Shown here piece after piece: positions 1 through 11,724 of a stretch of 64,000 bases of DNA. This DNA is from Lama guanicoe (taxonomy: Eukaryota). The notes under the pieces are model-generated. The model was given only the letters and a program-made list of their open reading frames with translations. It did no database searches and was not told the DNA's origin. The translations under genes were made by a program, and so were the position numbers. The first letter of the stretch is position 1; each line of letters opens with the position of its first letter. The DNA lies in assembly GCA_013239625.1 (NCBI GenBank), contig MU054001.1:685884-749883 (forward strand), in the 5' to 3' direction.

Positions 1-435
1 CATTTTGTGTATATTTCCCTGTGCTATACAGTGTAATCTTGTTTATCTATTCTACAATTTTGAAACCCCAGTCTATCCCTTCCCACCCTCTACTCCGCCC
101 CCCCACCCCGGTAACCACAAGTCTGTATTCTCTGTCCATGAGTCTATTTCTGTCCTGTATTTATGCTTTGTTTTTGTTTGTTTGTTTGTTTTTGTTTTTT
201 AGATTCCACATATGAGCGATCTCATATGGTATTTTTTTTTCTCTTTCTGGCTTACTTCACTTAGAATGACATTCTCTAGGAGCATCCATGTTGCTGCAAA
301 TGGCATTATGTTGTCGGTTTTTATGGCTGAGTAGTATTCCATTGTATAAATATACCACATCTTCTTTATCCAGTCACCTGTTGATGGACATTTAGGTTGT
401 TTCCATGTTTTGGCTATTGTAAATAGTGCTGCTAT
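1..435 (-). mobile_element. Young 5'-truncated LINE-1: ORF2 C-terminus plus 3' UTR, continuing beyond the window start
   Basis: Minus strand 435..199 translates without interruption as IAALFTIAKTWKQPKCPSTGDWIKKMWYIYTMEYYSAIKTDNIMPFAATWMLLENVILSEVSQKEKKKYHMRSLICGI*, the typical L1 ORF2 end. Similarity stops abruptly at 435. Confidence 0.95.
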
Positions 436-2613
436 CCAGGTGGCTGATTTTTATTTCCCATGCTTTGTAATTTTGCATTGTGACTTCATCGTTAGTTGAG
501 CTTTATGTGAGGGAAACTTGTGAGAGTTGGTTTGCAAGCAGGTTCTTTCAGAGTGCCTGTTTATATCTGCCACGTGCCCCTGAGATATTCCCTACTGAGA
601 CCACTGAACTTATGGGTTCCAGGGAACCCCAAAACAAGGTAAGAAAACTCTTATCATTGTGAATTCTCATGGGAGATATTGACATTTTTTCTTCCCATTC
701 AGGCCCAAGTTTAGACAGTCAATTGCTTTGTCTCTCTTTGCTAGAGAGATTACCTATTCCATCCTGTCACTGATGGTGCAGCTTTTTGAGTGTCCTGGCT
801 TAATGCTACCTAAAGCCTTAACTCCTGTCCCTATGTGGTAGTAAAAGCCCAAGCTTCTATTTTGCCCAGAATGAACCCTACCTTGGGGCAGCTGCAGTAT
901 CATTTCACCTGTAACTATCAAGACTTCAAATCTTTCTTTGTTTTAAGCCTTTTGGGATTTCCCTGATCTTTTTTCTTTTTGTAAGCTCAGCTTTGCTGCA
1001 TTTAAAAGAATGTTCACAATATGCCATCCAGGAGTTCTAGAGATTTGGTAATCAGAGGTTCTTCAGGTTATCTGGTTCAAAATATTCCCAGAAATAAAGG
1101 GTCTGCCAAGGAAATTGAAAGCCCCCTCTTCACTGGCTATACCTATCCCACAAGGGCTGTGGCTGCATTTTCCCAGAAAATAAACTGGTTGAGGAATTTG
1201 GCAAGAATGAGGAAGAAGGAAGAACAAATCAGTTATCTCCTTTTTAGGTGAAGAAATACATAAGAGGTATCACAGGCACCTGCACTCTCCAAAGGAACAA
1301 TGTCATCCATGTCCGATATCCATGACAGGACATCTTATCATGTGATGTGCTGGTTTCTTTTCCTTAAATTGTGGAAGAATAATGCAGTAGAGAGAAGAAT
1401 AATTCATTTTAATCTTTTACATCTGTTCGCAAGGTATAAAAGGATAAAATAAGATAAAGCAGTGCTCTCTTGAGAAGTCCATATTTTCGAAGTCTTCTGG
1501 CATTAATGCACTTATTAATTGTCACAGATCATCATTGTCATCACAAGAAATTATATAATATATAGTAGCCTTTATCAGGCTAAAGAAGAGAATTTCAAGT
1601 TTCTCTCTTAACCTGAGCCACTTAAAATGAAAAACAAAGGCCATTATATCCTGTTCAGTTGAAGTGGATCCTAAATATAGTTTATTGGGGCTCTTAATTC
1701 ACCCCGAAGAATGCTGTAATTATTAAAAGTGTCCAAGCTGTTAACTTGAAAACAACATATGCCACATTTACATAATGATTTGCATATAATTTCCATGCAA
1801 TTCATTTAATGTCAAAATGTACAATTATGCTTCCAGCCCCTCTTCCTTTTACCCCCATGCCCTTCTCTGGCCCTACTGTGTTAAATTGGAATATCTTACT
1901 TGTCGGAAGCTATTTATGAACGGATTTCGAAAAGACGGCTGGCTGGAGGTAGTCTGTCATGTTGGCCAAAAAAAGCTTGGCCAGACTTAGTTCTTCTTCC
2001 AGACTGGGTTGGTTGTATTGACTATTTGCATTGTGACACAGTGGGGACCAGTCAGTCAGTTCTGCCCGAGACATATGGGCTCATTTTACAGATGAAGAAA
2101 CTGAGGCTCTGGGAAGTTCTGTCTGATTTGCTTGCTTTTTCTGTCCCGGTAATCCAAAGGCTTGACATACAAAAGGCTTTCTCCTACATCTTTTACAACA
2201 GACAAATATGCTTTGTCTTTAAAAAAATATGCTTTATTCTTAAAATAAAATCATTTGCCATAGCTCATGTGATTCTTTGTGATGCCAAAGAGTCTGGCAT
2301 CTCCTGGGTTTGCCACCAAGGGTAAGGAAGAATCCTTCTGTCTGATCCCATGAACAACATGTTTATCTAATGTGGATGGACTAACTTACTGCCTAAACTA
2401 ATTGTAGTCCCACAGAATTGTCATGGTTTTTCTAGTTTCTACTTGTGTTTTCTATATGGATTACTTTTCCGCCTTTCCTCTCTCCCTGCACCTCTATTTG
2501 CCTAACATGTACTCAGTGTCCAATGTCCCATTTACATATCACCAGATGCCTTCTTCTATGCCCCGTGGCCCGTGACTGGGTTTGGTGCCCCAAGATGAAC
2601 TCCTAGATCACCC

Positions 2614-3043
2614 TGCTTGACTTGAGTTCCCCTGAAAACAACCCTTGAGACAGACTTGGGTGTAGAGAGTGTATCTGGGGAGTGATCCCAGGGTGCAAAG
2701 ATGAGCAAGCCAGGAGAGTGACACCAGGAAGGAAGAAAAGCATTATTAGCAGGCATTATTGAGGTTGCTGCTGTTGGCAACGGGAACTCGACTCCACTGG
2801 GTCCTCCTGGGAAGTGTGTGGAATGACTCCTGCATGACTCCCTGAAAGATGAGAGCTGGGGCATTAATGCACCGGGTCAGTCACCATTGGTTGAGGGTTG
2901 CCCCAGGAGTTTCTAATTTCCCTGCACTTTCCATGTCTGCAGGAACATGGGCTGAACAAGTTCTCCAGGGTCTCTGCAGTGTTGGGAGCACCCAGCAAGT
3001 GAAGCTGTGTGTCACTCAGGCTGGTAGCATCCTGCCTGTTACA
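2614..3043 (-). mobile_element. ERVL solo LTR, LTR16/LTR33-like
   Basis: Contains 'gagttcccctgaaaacaacccttgagacagacttgggtgtagagagtgtatctggggagtgatcccagg'; ends 'gttaca' (TGTAAC on the minus strand). Similar in reverse to 23171-23642. Confidence 0.7.
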
Positions 3044-3059
3044 AGATTTGTTTACAGTA

Positions 3060-3250
3060 ATGGTGATAGCTTAATTCATCAGGTGCTTATCAATTTCTGG
3101 CACTGTGCTAAGCACCTCCCAGGTATCATCTCATGGGTTCTATGAATATTCCCATTGCACAGATCAAGGACTGAATCTCAGAGAGGTTAAGTGACTCACC
3201 CAAGGTCATACAGAGTAAGTGGAGTTGCTGGGCGCCACACCCAGGCAGGT
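3060..3250 (-). mobile_element. MIR SINE
   Basis: 'ggcactgtgctaagcac...ctcagagaggttaagtgactcacccaaggtcatacag' is the reverse MIR core. Confidence 0.85.
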
Positions 3251-3384
3251 AGGTTACACTGCAGAAACTGAGTCTGTAGTCATTGTGGTAGGGGGTTAGA
3301 GACCCTCAGGATGTGTTCCAGGTGGTGCGCGAGTGTGTGGGTGTACGTGTGTGTCCTCTTGTGTGCACATGTATAGAGAAGGTC

Positions 3385-3550
3385 ATGGTTGAGAAGACAG
3401 ACAGGAGCCAGATGGCATGGGTTTGAAATCCAGTCGTTATATCTCAACTGTTGTCTCAGGCAGGTAACTTAGACCTCTCTGAGCCTCAGTTGCATCATCT
3501 GTAAATTAGACATGATAGGAGCTATCTCAAAGGGTTGTGAGCACTTAGAA
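3385..3550 (+). mobile_element. MIR SINE
   Basis: 'ggagccagatggcatgggtttgaaatcc...ctctctgagcctcagttgcatcatctgtaaa'. Confidence 0.8.
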
Positions 3551-3649
3551 GGGTGATGTGTGTGAATCCAGTGTACCTGCTGTATGTAAGTGTTGCCAGT
3601 AGGAATAATCACACAGGGTGTTCAGTAACATCAAATGTTTATTGATAAA

Positions 3650-3860
3650 AATACTAATAGGAGCTTTTACTGGGTGCCCACTTTGACACAGTTCTGTGAA
3701 TACAGTCCCTGATTTATCCTCCCAAGTCTACTGTGAGGTAAATATTACTATTTCCACTTTATGCAGGAGGAATTGAGTTTCAGAGATATTAAATAATTGG
3801 CCCAAAGAGAAATAGCTAGGAGAAGTCAGAACAGAGAAGCAAACCTTGATCTGAATGCTC
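3650..3860 (-). mobile_element. MIR SINE
   Basis: 'gtgaggtaaatattactatttccacttttatgcaggaggaattgagtttcagagatattaaataattggcccaaag'. Confidence 0.75.
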
Positions 3861-4039
3861 TCCTGTCTTACAGACTTCTAGTGGGTTCATTTGTTCATTT
3901 AACAAATACTTTTCATACAAACTTAGATTTTTCTTCCCCCAAATTAGGAATTATGCCCATCTGCCTGCCTGAGAAAAGTTTGCACAGGGCGGCTTTTAAA
4001 TGGCGACCCCTTGTAGCTTTTTAATTGCTACTATCTCTT

Positions 4040-4990
4040 TGAACATTTGGAATTTGTAATGAAATCACTTTCCAACCTTGATTCATCCCAAATTCAATAT
4101 TCTGCTTCCTTTCAGTTTTTTTTTGTTTTGTTTTGTTTCCCGAGCAATGAAAAGATTGGTAACTTTATAAAACATCTAAAAGCGTGGTGGAAGTTTCCCG
4201 GGGCTTCAAGTGTTGTGTTATGTTATCTTTGGAATAACTTTGAAGTCCCACTGGTGTAATCGAAGCCGTTATTATGTCATGGAGCTGATTAGCATGCCTG
4301 TGGGAAACATTAATTCATGCTGACATCATAGCTGGGTTTGCAATCAATCAGTTTGTTTTGCTTCTTTTTGCCACCCGCCCACCGCACCCCCCCCCGCCCC
4401 GCTGCTCTTCATACAGAGGTGATGGGCTGACGTTCTGAGGATAACAGGACGTGTATGGATGCCCCCAGATGAGGCCAAACTGAACCACAGCAGCCGCTAC
4501 CTCGTGACAGCCCTGGGAGGAAATGGCGAAACAAAGCTTTTGGCAGGAGCAGGGGGAAGGCTGCAGGCCCTTTGATTTGCCTTGAAAGGTTTTGATTTAG
4601 TTGGCATTCAGACTCTTGATAGAGAAAACTTTTTAACTCGGTAGTCAGCATGGCTGCCTGAATCCATTTGGTTCCGGTCAGTTATGATTAAGCTGATCGC
4701 TGGTGGCTCTGGTATTGTAGGGAGCCGTGCTGGCCTTCATTGGGTAAGACTAGCACATCCCAAACTATCTCTCCCTTCCGCACAAAAGTACATTTCATTG
4801 ACAAAGGAAGCTGTAAAGAGGAGACATGTAGATTCCTATTATCTCAAATTGTTCATATTTAACATGCATTAAAGAGCTATCTTTCTGTTCACCACATGCA
4901 ATTAATTTAATCACCAATGCGCTGTTAAGTATCTATCAGAAATGTGAATTTTTTCACGATGTATTAATCTGGTAATGATGTCTTTCCTTT
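4040..4990. promoter_or_regulatory. Candidate conserved non-coding enhancer block
   Basis: Repeat-free. RBPJ-type TGTGGGAA (4299-4306), TGACA (4321), PBX-type ATCAATCA (4343-4350), GC box (4392-4400), several TAAT/ATGCA motifs at 4860-4980. Conservation not verified. Confidence 0.5.
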
Positions 4991-5909
4991 TACCTTTAGA
5001 TTTAGTATTATTATTTTATGTTACGTGGCGTGCTCTCTTGGGAACAGGGGAGAAATTATAGGAAAGGTTTGGAGGAGCCCAATGACAGTGGATCTTGGGA
5101 AAGCGTAGGATATTTCTAGTTTGAACTCAACTTGGGGTTCCCTTCCTCCCTTTGGGGCATGTGTGGCTTGCTCTGCTCCTTCCCTCTGACCTCTTGACCT
5201 CAGTAGTTTAGAAAGTCGGGATGATCATTTCCCTGGATGGGTTTTTGACTTGGAAGATGGAAAGTCGATTGTCTATAGTCAATCCAGGTAGGAGAAAATT
5301 GGGGAAGGGAGGTTTTATTTTTGCTGCACAAGTAGATAGCTACATTTTCTTACCTGGGGCCCATTTTGCCATAGTTATAAGCACCACCACCTCCCCAGGC
5401 TCCCTTTACTCCCCCTTTGCAAAGCCCATCATGTTCACAACTGCCTGCTCAGGATCTGTCTTCTCTCATTAGGTTGAGGCTGCCTGAAGGAAAGTACGTG
5501 TCTGCCTTGTTCACCAAAGTGAGCACCTTTCTCTGTGTTAGATACTGTTCTAGACTACAGGGCTGTAGAGACGAATAAGGTATAGTTCCTGCCCTCCAGA
5601 TGTTACTTTCTTATGAGCAAAACAGTCATGCATTCAAATAAGCAAAATAATATTTGTAAAATGTCCCAAGTGAGGTCTATCTTAAATGCTGTAGGAACAG
5701 AGAGGGAACAGACTTCCTAGCAGAAGTCGGGTTTGCACTAATATGAAAGGTAATTGGGGATTTCCCCCAGCAGATAAGGGGTGGCAGGCACTTCAGTTGG
5801 AGAAATGCATATAAAATCATGGAGATGTCAGGAGGTGTGTTTTGGTCACCTGCAAGAAATCCAGAATGGCTTTATTACAGGGGTCACCTGAGGGAGAGAA
5901 AGGGCGAGG

Positions 5910-6020
5910 AACAGGTAGAGTGCTCTGAAGCTCAGAAAGGCAAAGCGACTTGCCCAAGGTCACACAGCAGACAGAACTGGGAGTTGAAGCCAAGTCTACT
6001 CATAAAACCCGTGCTCTTTT
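5910..6020 (-). mobile_element. MIR fragment
   Basis: 'ctgaagctcagaaagg...gacttgcccaaggtcacacagcagacagaactgggagttgaagccaag'. Confidence 0.75.
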
Positions 6021-6579
6021 GGCTAGATAATCGTTCACATGGGCTGACCATGGTGAGAAAACACAGCCCTCATATCAGGATTCTCCCCAAATGACCCTAA
6101 TTGGCCACAGCAGACTTCCAGTTAAAATGTAACTTTCAAGCCCCCAATTCTAAGTGCCCAACCTATGGGAAGGAAGAAGTTTTTTAAAAATGCATAAATT
6201 ACCATGTTGGAGAATAAGACTTTCGTAAAAATTAAACAATATATAGTATACATAGAAACTGCCATAAAAATCCCCTATTGGACTTGTTTTAATTTTTTTC
6301 TCTAATTCATGCTAGGTGCTCCTTTTAAATTAGATTAAATTTAATTTTATTTAATCTATTCTATTCTGTTTTCTATATTCCATTTTACTTTTTATTTTCC
6401 CCTTCTGTGTCCTATCCTGGTTGCAAATCTCTCCTCTCCACACATGCATTATTGCTGGTGAATTTAATTGAGGCGCTTCTAATCCACCCCTCCATACATT
6501 GATATCTGCCTCTCCTAGAACACATTTTGTATAGTTTTGTGTGCTATAATTAGGTGGCATTGGACTATAAGTCTCATTC

Positions 6580-6795
6580 TGCCAGCATAAGCACTATGCT
6601 ATAATCAAACACATTGATATATTTCTACATGTATGAATATTTACACTATTGGAATATGAAGAGATTTTAACTAGCCTCATGTCAGTTCAGGTTAAGTTTT
6701 ACCACCAAGTAAGTTTGTACCAAAGTTATGGGGAAATGTCATATTCTCAGAGGTTTTGTACTTAAGAATTGCAGATAAGGAACTATGGACCTGAG
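6580..6795 (-). mobile_element. MER46C-like Tigger DNA transposon fragment
   Basis: 'gtcagttcaggttaagttttaccacc...gaattgcagataaggaactatggacctg'; reverse-similar to 13165-13570. Confidence 0.7.
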
Positions 6796-7534
6796 ACACA
6801 TTTCAGTCCTCCATTCTACCTCCATGCACCCCTTGGCATTTCCAAGTCTGCTGATTCAAACAGCACTTCAAAAGCCAGCCTTGTGCACATCTTCCTGTGA
6901 ACCTCTGGGAGAATGTCTCCAGGGTAGACACCCAGATCTGTGAATTTTTACTTTCACTAACTACTCCCAGATTCTCCAAAATACCTGTAGCAGTTAATCC
7001 CCACCAGCAAAACATGAGGGAGAGTTCCTGTTTCCTAACATCCTCACCATCTCTTGATATTATCTGTTTGCTTAATTTTTCTTCCAGTTTGATGGGTATA
7101 AAGTGCCACTCCAGTCTTGTTCTAACTTGCATCTCTCTGACTACTAGTGAACATGAGCTCTGTATATATGTTAGCTATCCTTGTCTCCCCTTCTGGGAAA
7201 CACCTATTCATATCCTTTTAGTTTTTCATCTACCCCACCTATGTCAATTGCTCTTTTGGGTTTTGACACAATCATTATCTACTCCAAGGTCACAAATACA
7301 TTTATCCTATTTGTTTACTATATTTCTTAAGTTTTACTATTCCTATCTCAGGCTTTAATTCATCCAATTCTTCTAGTGCTTATGTTTTTGTATATGGTAT
7401 GAAGTTGTGATCCAACATTTTTCCCATGCTATGAGTCAGTTTCTCCTTTTCCCAAATAATTTGTACTTTCCCTATTCATTGGTGATGCTATCTCTCTTAG
7501 TTATAAAATTCTGCAAGGATATTGATTGTAATTA

Positions 7535-7844
7535 CAGTTGACCCTTGAACAACATAGAGATTAAGAGTGCCAATTCTCCACATATTCAAAAATTCTCATA
7601 TAAAATTATAATTGGCCCTTCAGTATAGAAATCGTGGTTCCACATCCATGGATTTAACCAACTATAGATCATGTGGTACTGTAGTACGTTTTTATTGAAA
7701 AAAAATCTGTGTATAAGTGGGCCTGCACAGTTGAAACCCATGTTGTTCAAAGGTTAATTGTACTGTAGTACATATTTAGTGAAAAAAAATCTGTATATAA
7801 GTGGACCTGCATAGTTCAAACCCATATTGTTCAAGGGTCAACTG
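7535..7844. mobile_element. Tigger2-derived MITE with duplicated right end
   Basis: TIRs 'cagttgacccttgaacaacat' and 'atattgttcaagggtcaactg', flanked by TA at 7533-7534 and 7845-7846. Confidence 0.9.
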
Positions 7845-8198
7845 TATATATTTATTTGGAGAGATTTAACATCTTTATATTGGTAAGCCAATCCATCCAT
7901 GAACATGGTATGTCTCCATTAATTCAGGTCTTTTATGCTCTTGAAAATGTTTTCCTTTTTTTCTTTTTCTTCTTAGAGGACTTTTGTGTACTTGACACTT
8001 TTCAATTTTACCTGTTATTTAAGATAGTATCTTATTTTTTATTATCCTTTTCTAATTGCTGATTACTAGCATAAGGCCCTGTTGACTTATACTTGTCTTG
8101 AAAAGGAACACATACAGCCTTTTGCTATAGGTCTCTTTATCAGATTATGACAGTTCTTTGCCAGCTATATTTTTAAAGTATTTAAAAAGAAATCTTAA

Positions 8199-8368
8199 AC
8201 AATGGGGATCTACTGTATAACACAGGGAACTGTATTCAATATCTTGTAATAATCTATAATGGAAAAGAATTTGAAAATATATAAATTCAGTTATATACAT
8301 ATAACTGAATCACTTTGCTGTATACCTGAAATTAACACAATATTATAAATCAACTATACTTTAATTTA
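8199..8368 (+). mobile_element. Cetartiodactyl-type L1 3' end with TSD
   Basis: 'tactgtataacacagggaactgtattcaatatcttgtaataatctataatgg...aaatcaactatact'. TSD aaaaagaaatcttaa (8184-8198) / aaaaagaaatcataa (8369-8383) at a TTT/AAAA site. Confidence 0.9.
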
Positions 8369-9094
8369 AAAAAGAAATCATAAGTGTTAATGTTATAAAA
8401 AATTCTACTTCTATTGAGATAGTATGTAATTGATGTCATTAAATTTATTAATGTGCTTAATTAAATTTTTTCTTATATTAAATATTCTTATGTGATATAT
8501 CCCTTTTGTTCATATGTGTTATTTTGAAAAAGGATATTTTGAATTTGGCTAGTTATGTTTATTAGTATATTCACTTCTATATGCCCAAGTAAACAATTTT
8601 TTCTTCTTTCTCTTTTATACTGTCTTTATATGGTTCTCGTTCTGCCTGATGAGTTTTTTTCTTTTCAGTTTGCTTCCCATTCACTGCAATCCTGGTCTCC
8701 AAGAGACACTGACCATATTTAAGATGTGTGTGTGTGTGTGTGTTGGTGGGGTGGAGAGGGAGATGTTCTGGTGTTGAGAAAAATACTAAAAATCTATATA
8801 TGGATAGGATTTTGCCTGAAGAAAATGTTGCTAGGTGTGAGGTCAAAGAACAGAAGGAGGACAAGTTCATTGCGTTTTCTGACTTCTGCAGTGATTGAGA
8901 TGCTCTCAGGCAGAATATATTTTAGTATACTTGTTTTGTCAGTTATTCTTGGGTACTTTGCTTTTCTTGTGATCCATCCTTGCCTAAGATCAGAGAAAAT
9001 AAAGACATTGCATGGTCTGGGTCATAGAATTGAATAACTATGACCTGATATATTCCAAAGAAAATAAACTTCAAAAAATCAGGATGGGAAAAGG

Positions 9095-9290
9095 AAACCT
9101 ATTTCTTGTGTATATACTATGTGTCAGGTCCCATGCTAGGGGCTTTATATCTCATTTAGTCCTCTTAAGAACACTGTGAGTTAGATCTTATATCCCTAAT
9201 TTACAAAGAAGGAAACAGAAGCTCCAAGAAGTTAAACAAATCAGTTATTAAGTGGTAGAGCAAGGTTTCAAACCCAGATCTGTGTGACTT
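9095..9290 (-). mobile_element. MIR SINE
   Basis: 'ctatgtgtcaggtcccatgctaggggctttatatctcatttagtcctc...gagcaaggtttcaaacccagatctgtgtgact'. Confidence 0.8.
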
Positions 9291-9946
9291 TCTGAGGGAT
9301 GATGATGATCATGATGATGATGATGATGATTACATTCTTGTCTTTAATGTTATGAATCTGCCTTTCTCCTGTCCTTGTGAATATATATCCTTGCTTATTT
9401 ATTTATGACCAACCAATATAACCTGCTTTCCTTTTGTTGCAATAATAACCCAAGGGTAGTAGTTGCCAAAGCAGCATGATAGCCTATAAGTGTATTTTTT
9501 TCTTCTACCTTAAACCCAGGGGAATCTCATGGCTGGCTGCCACAGGAACCAAGAACAATAGCTTTGAAATTCTGTCTGCCCTCAAATCAGATCAGGGTCT
9601 TGGAGAAGTGGCCTGTTTTACAAGTAAAACAAAAATGAATAGACTCTATAAGTAGTTTCCATTTTCCATTTTTAATACATTTGATGAATGGCAGAATACT
9701 TCATGGCAGAACTTAAAGAAATTTGAAGTTTATAGAGAATCTATTTTGGTCTAGAAAAAAAGTCATAAAATTTTTATGGTATAAAAATAAAGAGAAATAA
9801 TAAATTACAAAGCCATAGTTCTTTATAGTTGTCAGAGGATATTAATGCCTTTCATTTCTTTTGAGTCTTCCAATGACCTTTTAAAGCAGGTAAACTGAGC
9901 CTCCATTTTATAGACAAAGAAATTGAGGCATGGAGTTTTACCCAAG

Positions 9947-10392
9947 TACAGTTGATCGCATGAGTTCCCCCAACTCTTCACCTCTGACTGTATTCATTCT
10001 CTTTCCTGTCTTTGGAATTCTTCCCATTGAGAGGCAGAATATATTTCCCCAACCCTTGATTCTGTGTTTGACCATATAATTTGGTTTGGCCAGCAGGATG
10101 GTAGCAGACAGGACCAAAGCAGAGGCTTGAAATTACTTGCTGCATTTGCCTGCATGTTTCTGCTTGTTCTCTTGCTCTTCAGACGTTACCATAAGGACAA
10201 TCCAGGCTGGCTAGCTATTCCAAGGAGGAAGGTGGGGAGACATGTGGAGCAAAGCGTCCCCAGATAAGATGCCCCAGCCAAGCCCAACCTAGAGCAGAGC
10301 CTCCCAGTGACCTGCCAATTCATGAGTTTAATTAATTATGATTGTTGGCTCAAGCCACATAGTTTGTTATACAGCAGTAGCTAACTGATACA
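9947..10392 (+). mobile_element. MaLR LTR (MLT1H/I-like) inserted into a MIR
   Basis: Ends 'gtttgttatacagcagtagctaactgataca'; near-TSD ccaag/acaag; MIR halves at about 9840-9946 and 10398-10480. Confidence 0.8.
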
Positions 10393-10539
10393 ACAAGATA
10401 ATCCAGCTAATAAGTTGTAGAGCTGGAATTAGAGTCTGAATCTTCAAACATACAGGTCTATACACTTTTGACTATGCTAAGTTGCTTTTCAGGTGAGACA
10501 TTTACTTGGGTGTAAAAATGCCTCAAAATGGAGTGTTTT

Positions 10540-10640
10540 CTGGCCAGGGACTATGTCTCATTATTCTCTGATTCCTCAGAGCCTAGTCCAGTACCTTGCA
10601 CATGGTAGGTAGTCAGGAAATGTTTATGAAATAAATAAGA
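10540..10640 (+). mobile_element. L2 3' end
   Basis: 'cagggactatgtctc...gtaccttgcacatggtaggtagtcaggaaatgtttatgaaataaat'. Confidence 0.7.
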
Positions 10641-10849
10641 GATGAGACTATGAGGGATGTACCTCCATCCCTTTGGTCTTATTTTTACAGTTTCTGGTTA
10701 ATAAAAAATAAAGTCAAAATGAAAGGTCAGTGAAAATCTGCTTCTAAAAATAGGTCCCAGCAATGGCACAAAGAGGGCACAGTCGTCATTTTCTTTTTCA
10801 GACATCTGTCCACATGTGGCATATTTCCTCTCTGAAGAAAGATCAAACC

Positions 10850-11600
10850 CCATAAAATGCATCATTTATATGCCACTCCCCATTATGAAACAGCATGGAG
10901 ACCATTAATGAGAAGCAAAGGCTAAAAGAAGAGTTCCACGAGTCGGTTTCAGACAGACTGTGGCGAAAATGCACTGTCCTTTGGGAATTATACACATGAA
11001 AAAAGAACAAACGTCGTGCCTGATTCCCTGCCCACCCCCCACCCTCACCTCCATCCCCACTTCCCCAGATGCCACAACAGCTTGAGGAAGAGAATTTGTA
11101 AAACCCACATGGAGAGCTTTTGCCTCTGATTTTTTAATCTCAGAAGTCCAACAGCGGCGATGAAGGTAGCTGTGACATTTGCAATTTTCCATGCACCAGC
11201 CCATTCCATTTTCTTTCCTGGTGCTGCTTCCATGGTACAGTAAACCTCCAGCTCTGACAATAATTATAGCCAGAATAAAATGAAGGGAGTAATAGGAACA
11301 AAGCGTCGCTGTAATTGCCTTTTCATTATTTGCTAACAGTTAGTTATTCAGTCACAGGGAAAAATTACACAGTAATTGGATGACAATGGGGAAGCAATCG
11401 CTGAATCCCACAACTATGATATTTTTGCTTGTTGGGCTTTAGACCTTTTATTCATATTTTGATTAAACAGCTGGAGCATTAAACTGACATATGAATGTAT
11501 CCTTGGTCAAATTCTGATGTGATTGTTTCTACCCCATTCAAAATGTTGAATTTAAACTAGCAAGTACAGTACAGCTGTAAATACTATAGTCTATTGACTT
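10850..11600. promoter_or_regulatory. Candidate conserved non-coding enhancer block
   Basis: Repeat-free. TGACA+TAATTA (11255-11266), SOX-type AACAAAG (11297-11303) and ACAATGG (11383-11389), TAATTG twice. Confidence 0.5.
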
Positions 11601-11668
11601 TAAAATAAATCCCTCCTCTCTACTCTAGTTCATAAAGAAGGAACGGTGGGCATAATAGCACAGATATA

Positions 11669-11724
11669 AATATATATATAAATATATGTGTGTGTGCACA
11701 CGCATATATATGTATATATATATT
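11669..11724. repeat. Palindromic (AT)/(GT)-(AC) microsatellite
   Basis: 28-nt arms centred at 11696/11697: 25 Watson-Crick pairs, 2 G-T pairs, 1 mismatch. Confidence 0.85.

Larger units (their letters stand above)
6800..8560 (-). mobile_element. Old L1M ORF2 remnant interrupted by a Tigger MITE and a young L1 end
   Basis: ORF 6803..7132(-) 'MQVRTRLEWHFIPIKL...RDGEDVRKQELS...CWW' resembles the L1 ORF2 C-terminal region; T-rich decayed L1 continues on both sides of the inserts. Confidence 0.7.

Noticed and set aside
436..1095. Possible HAL1 or old L1 5' remnant
   Set aside because: Similarity is too weak to call by eye; needs a Dfam search.
4221..4232. tgttatctttgg, matching the start of the miR-9 precursor arm, inside a weak hairpin
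   Set aside because: The match ends after about 12 nt; the rest of mature miR-9 and the star arm are absent.
6803..7358. Overlapping 109-aa and 153-aa ORFs
   Set aside because: Both lie within a decayed L1 ORF2 remnant, in sense and antisense frames.
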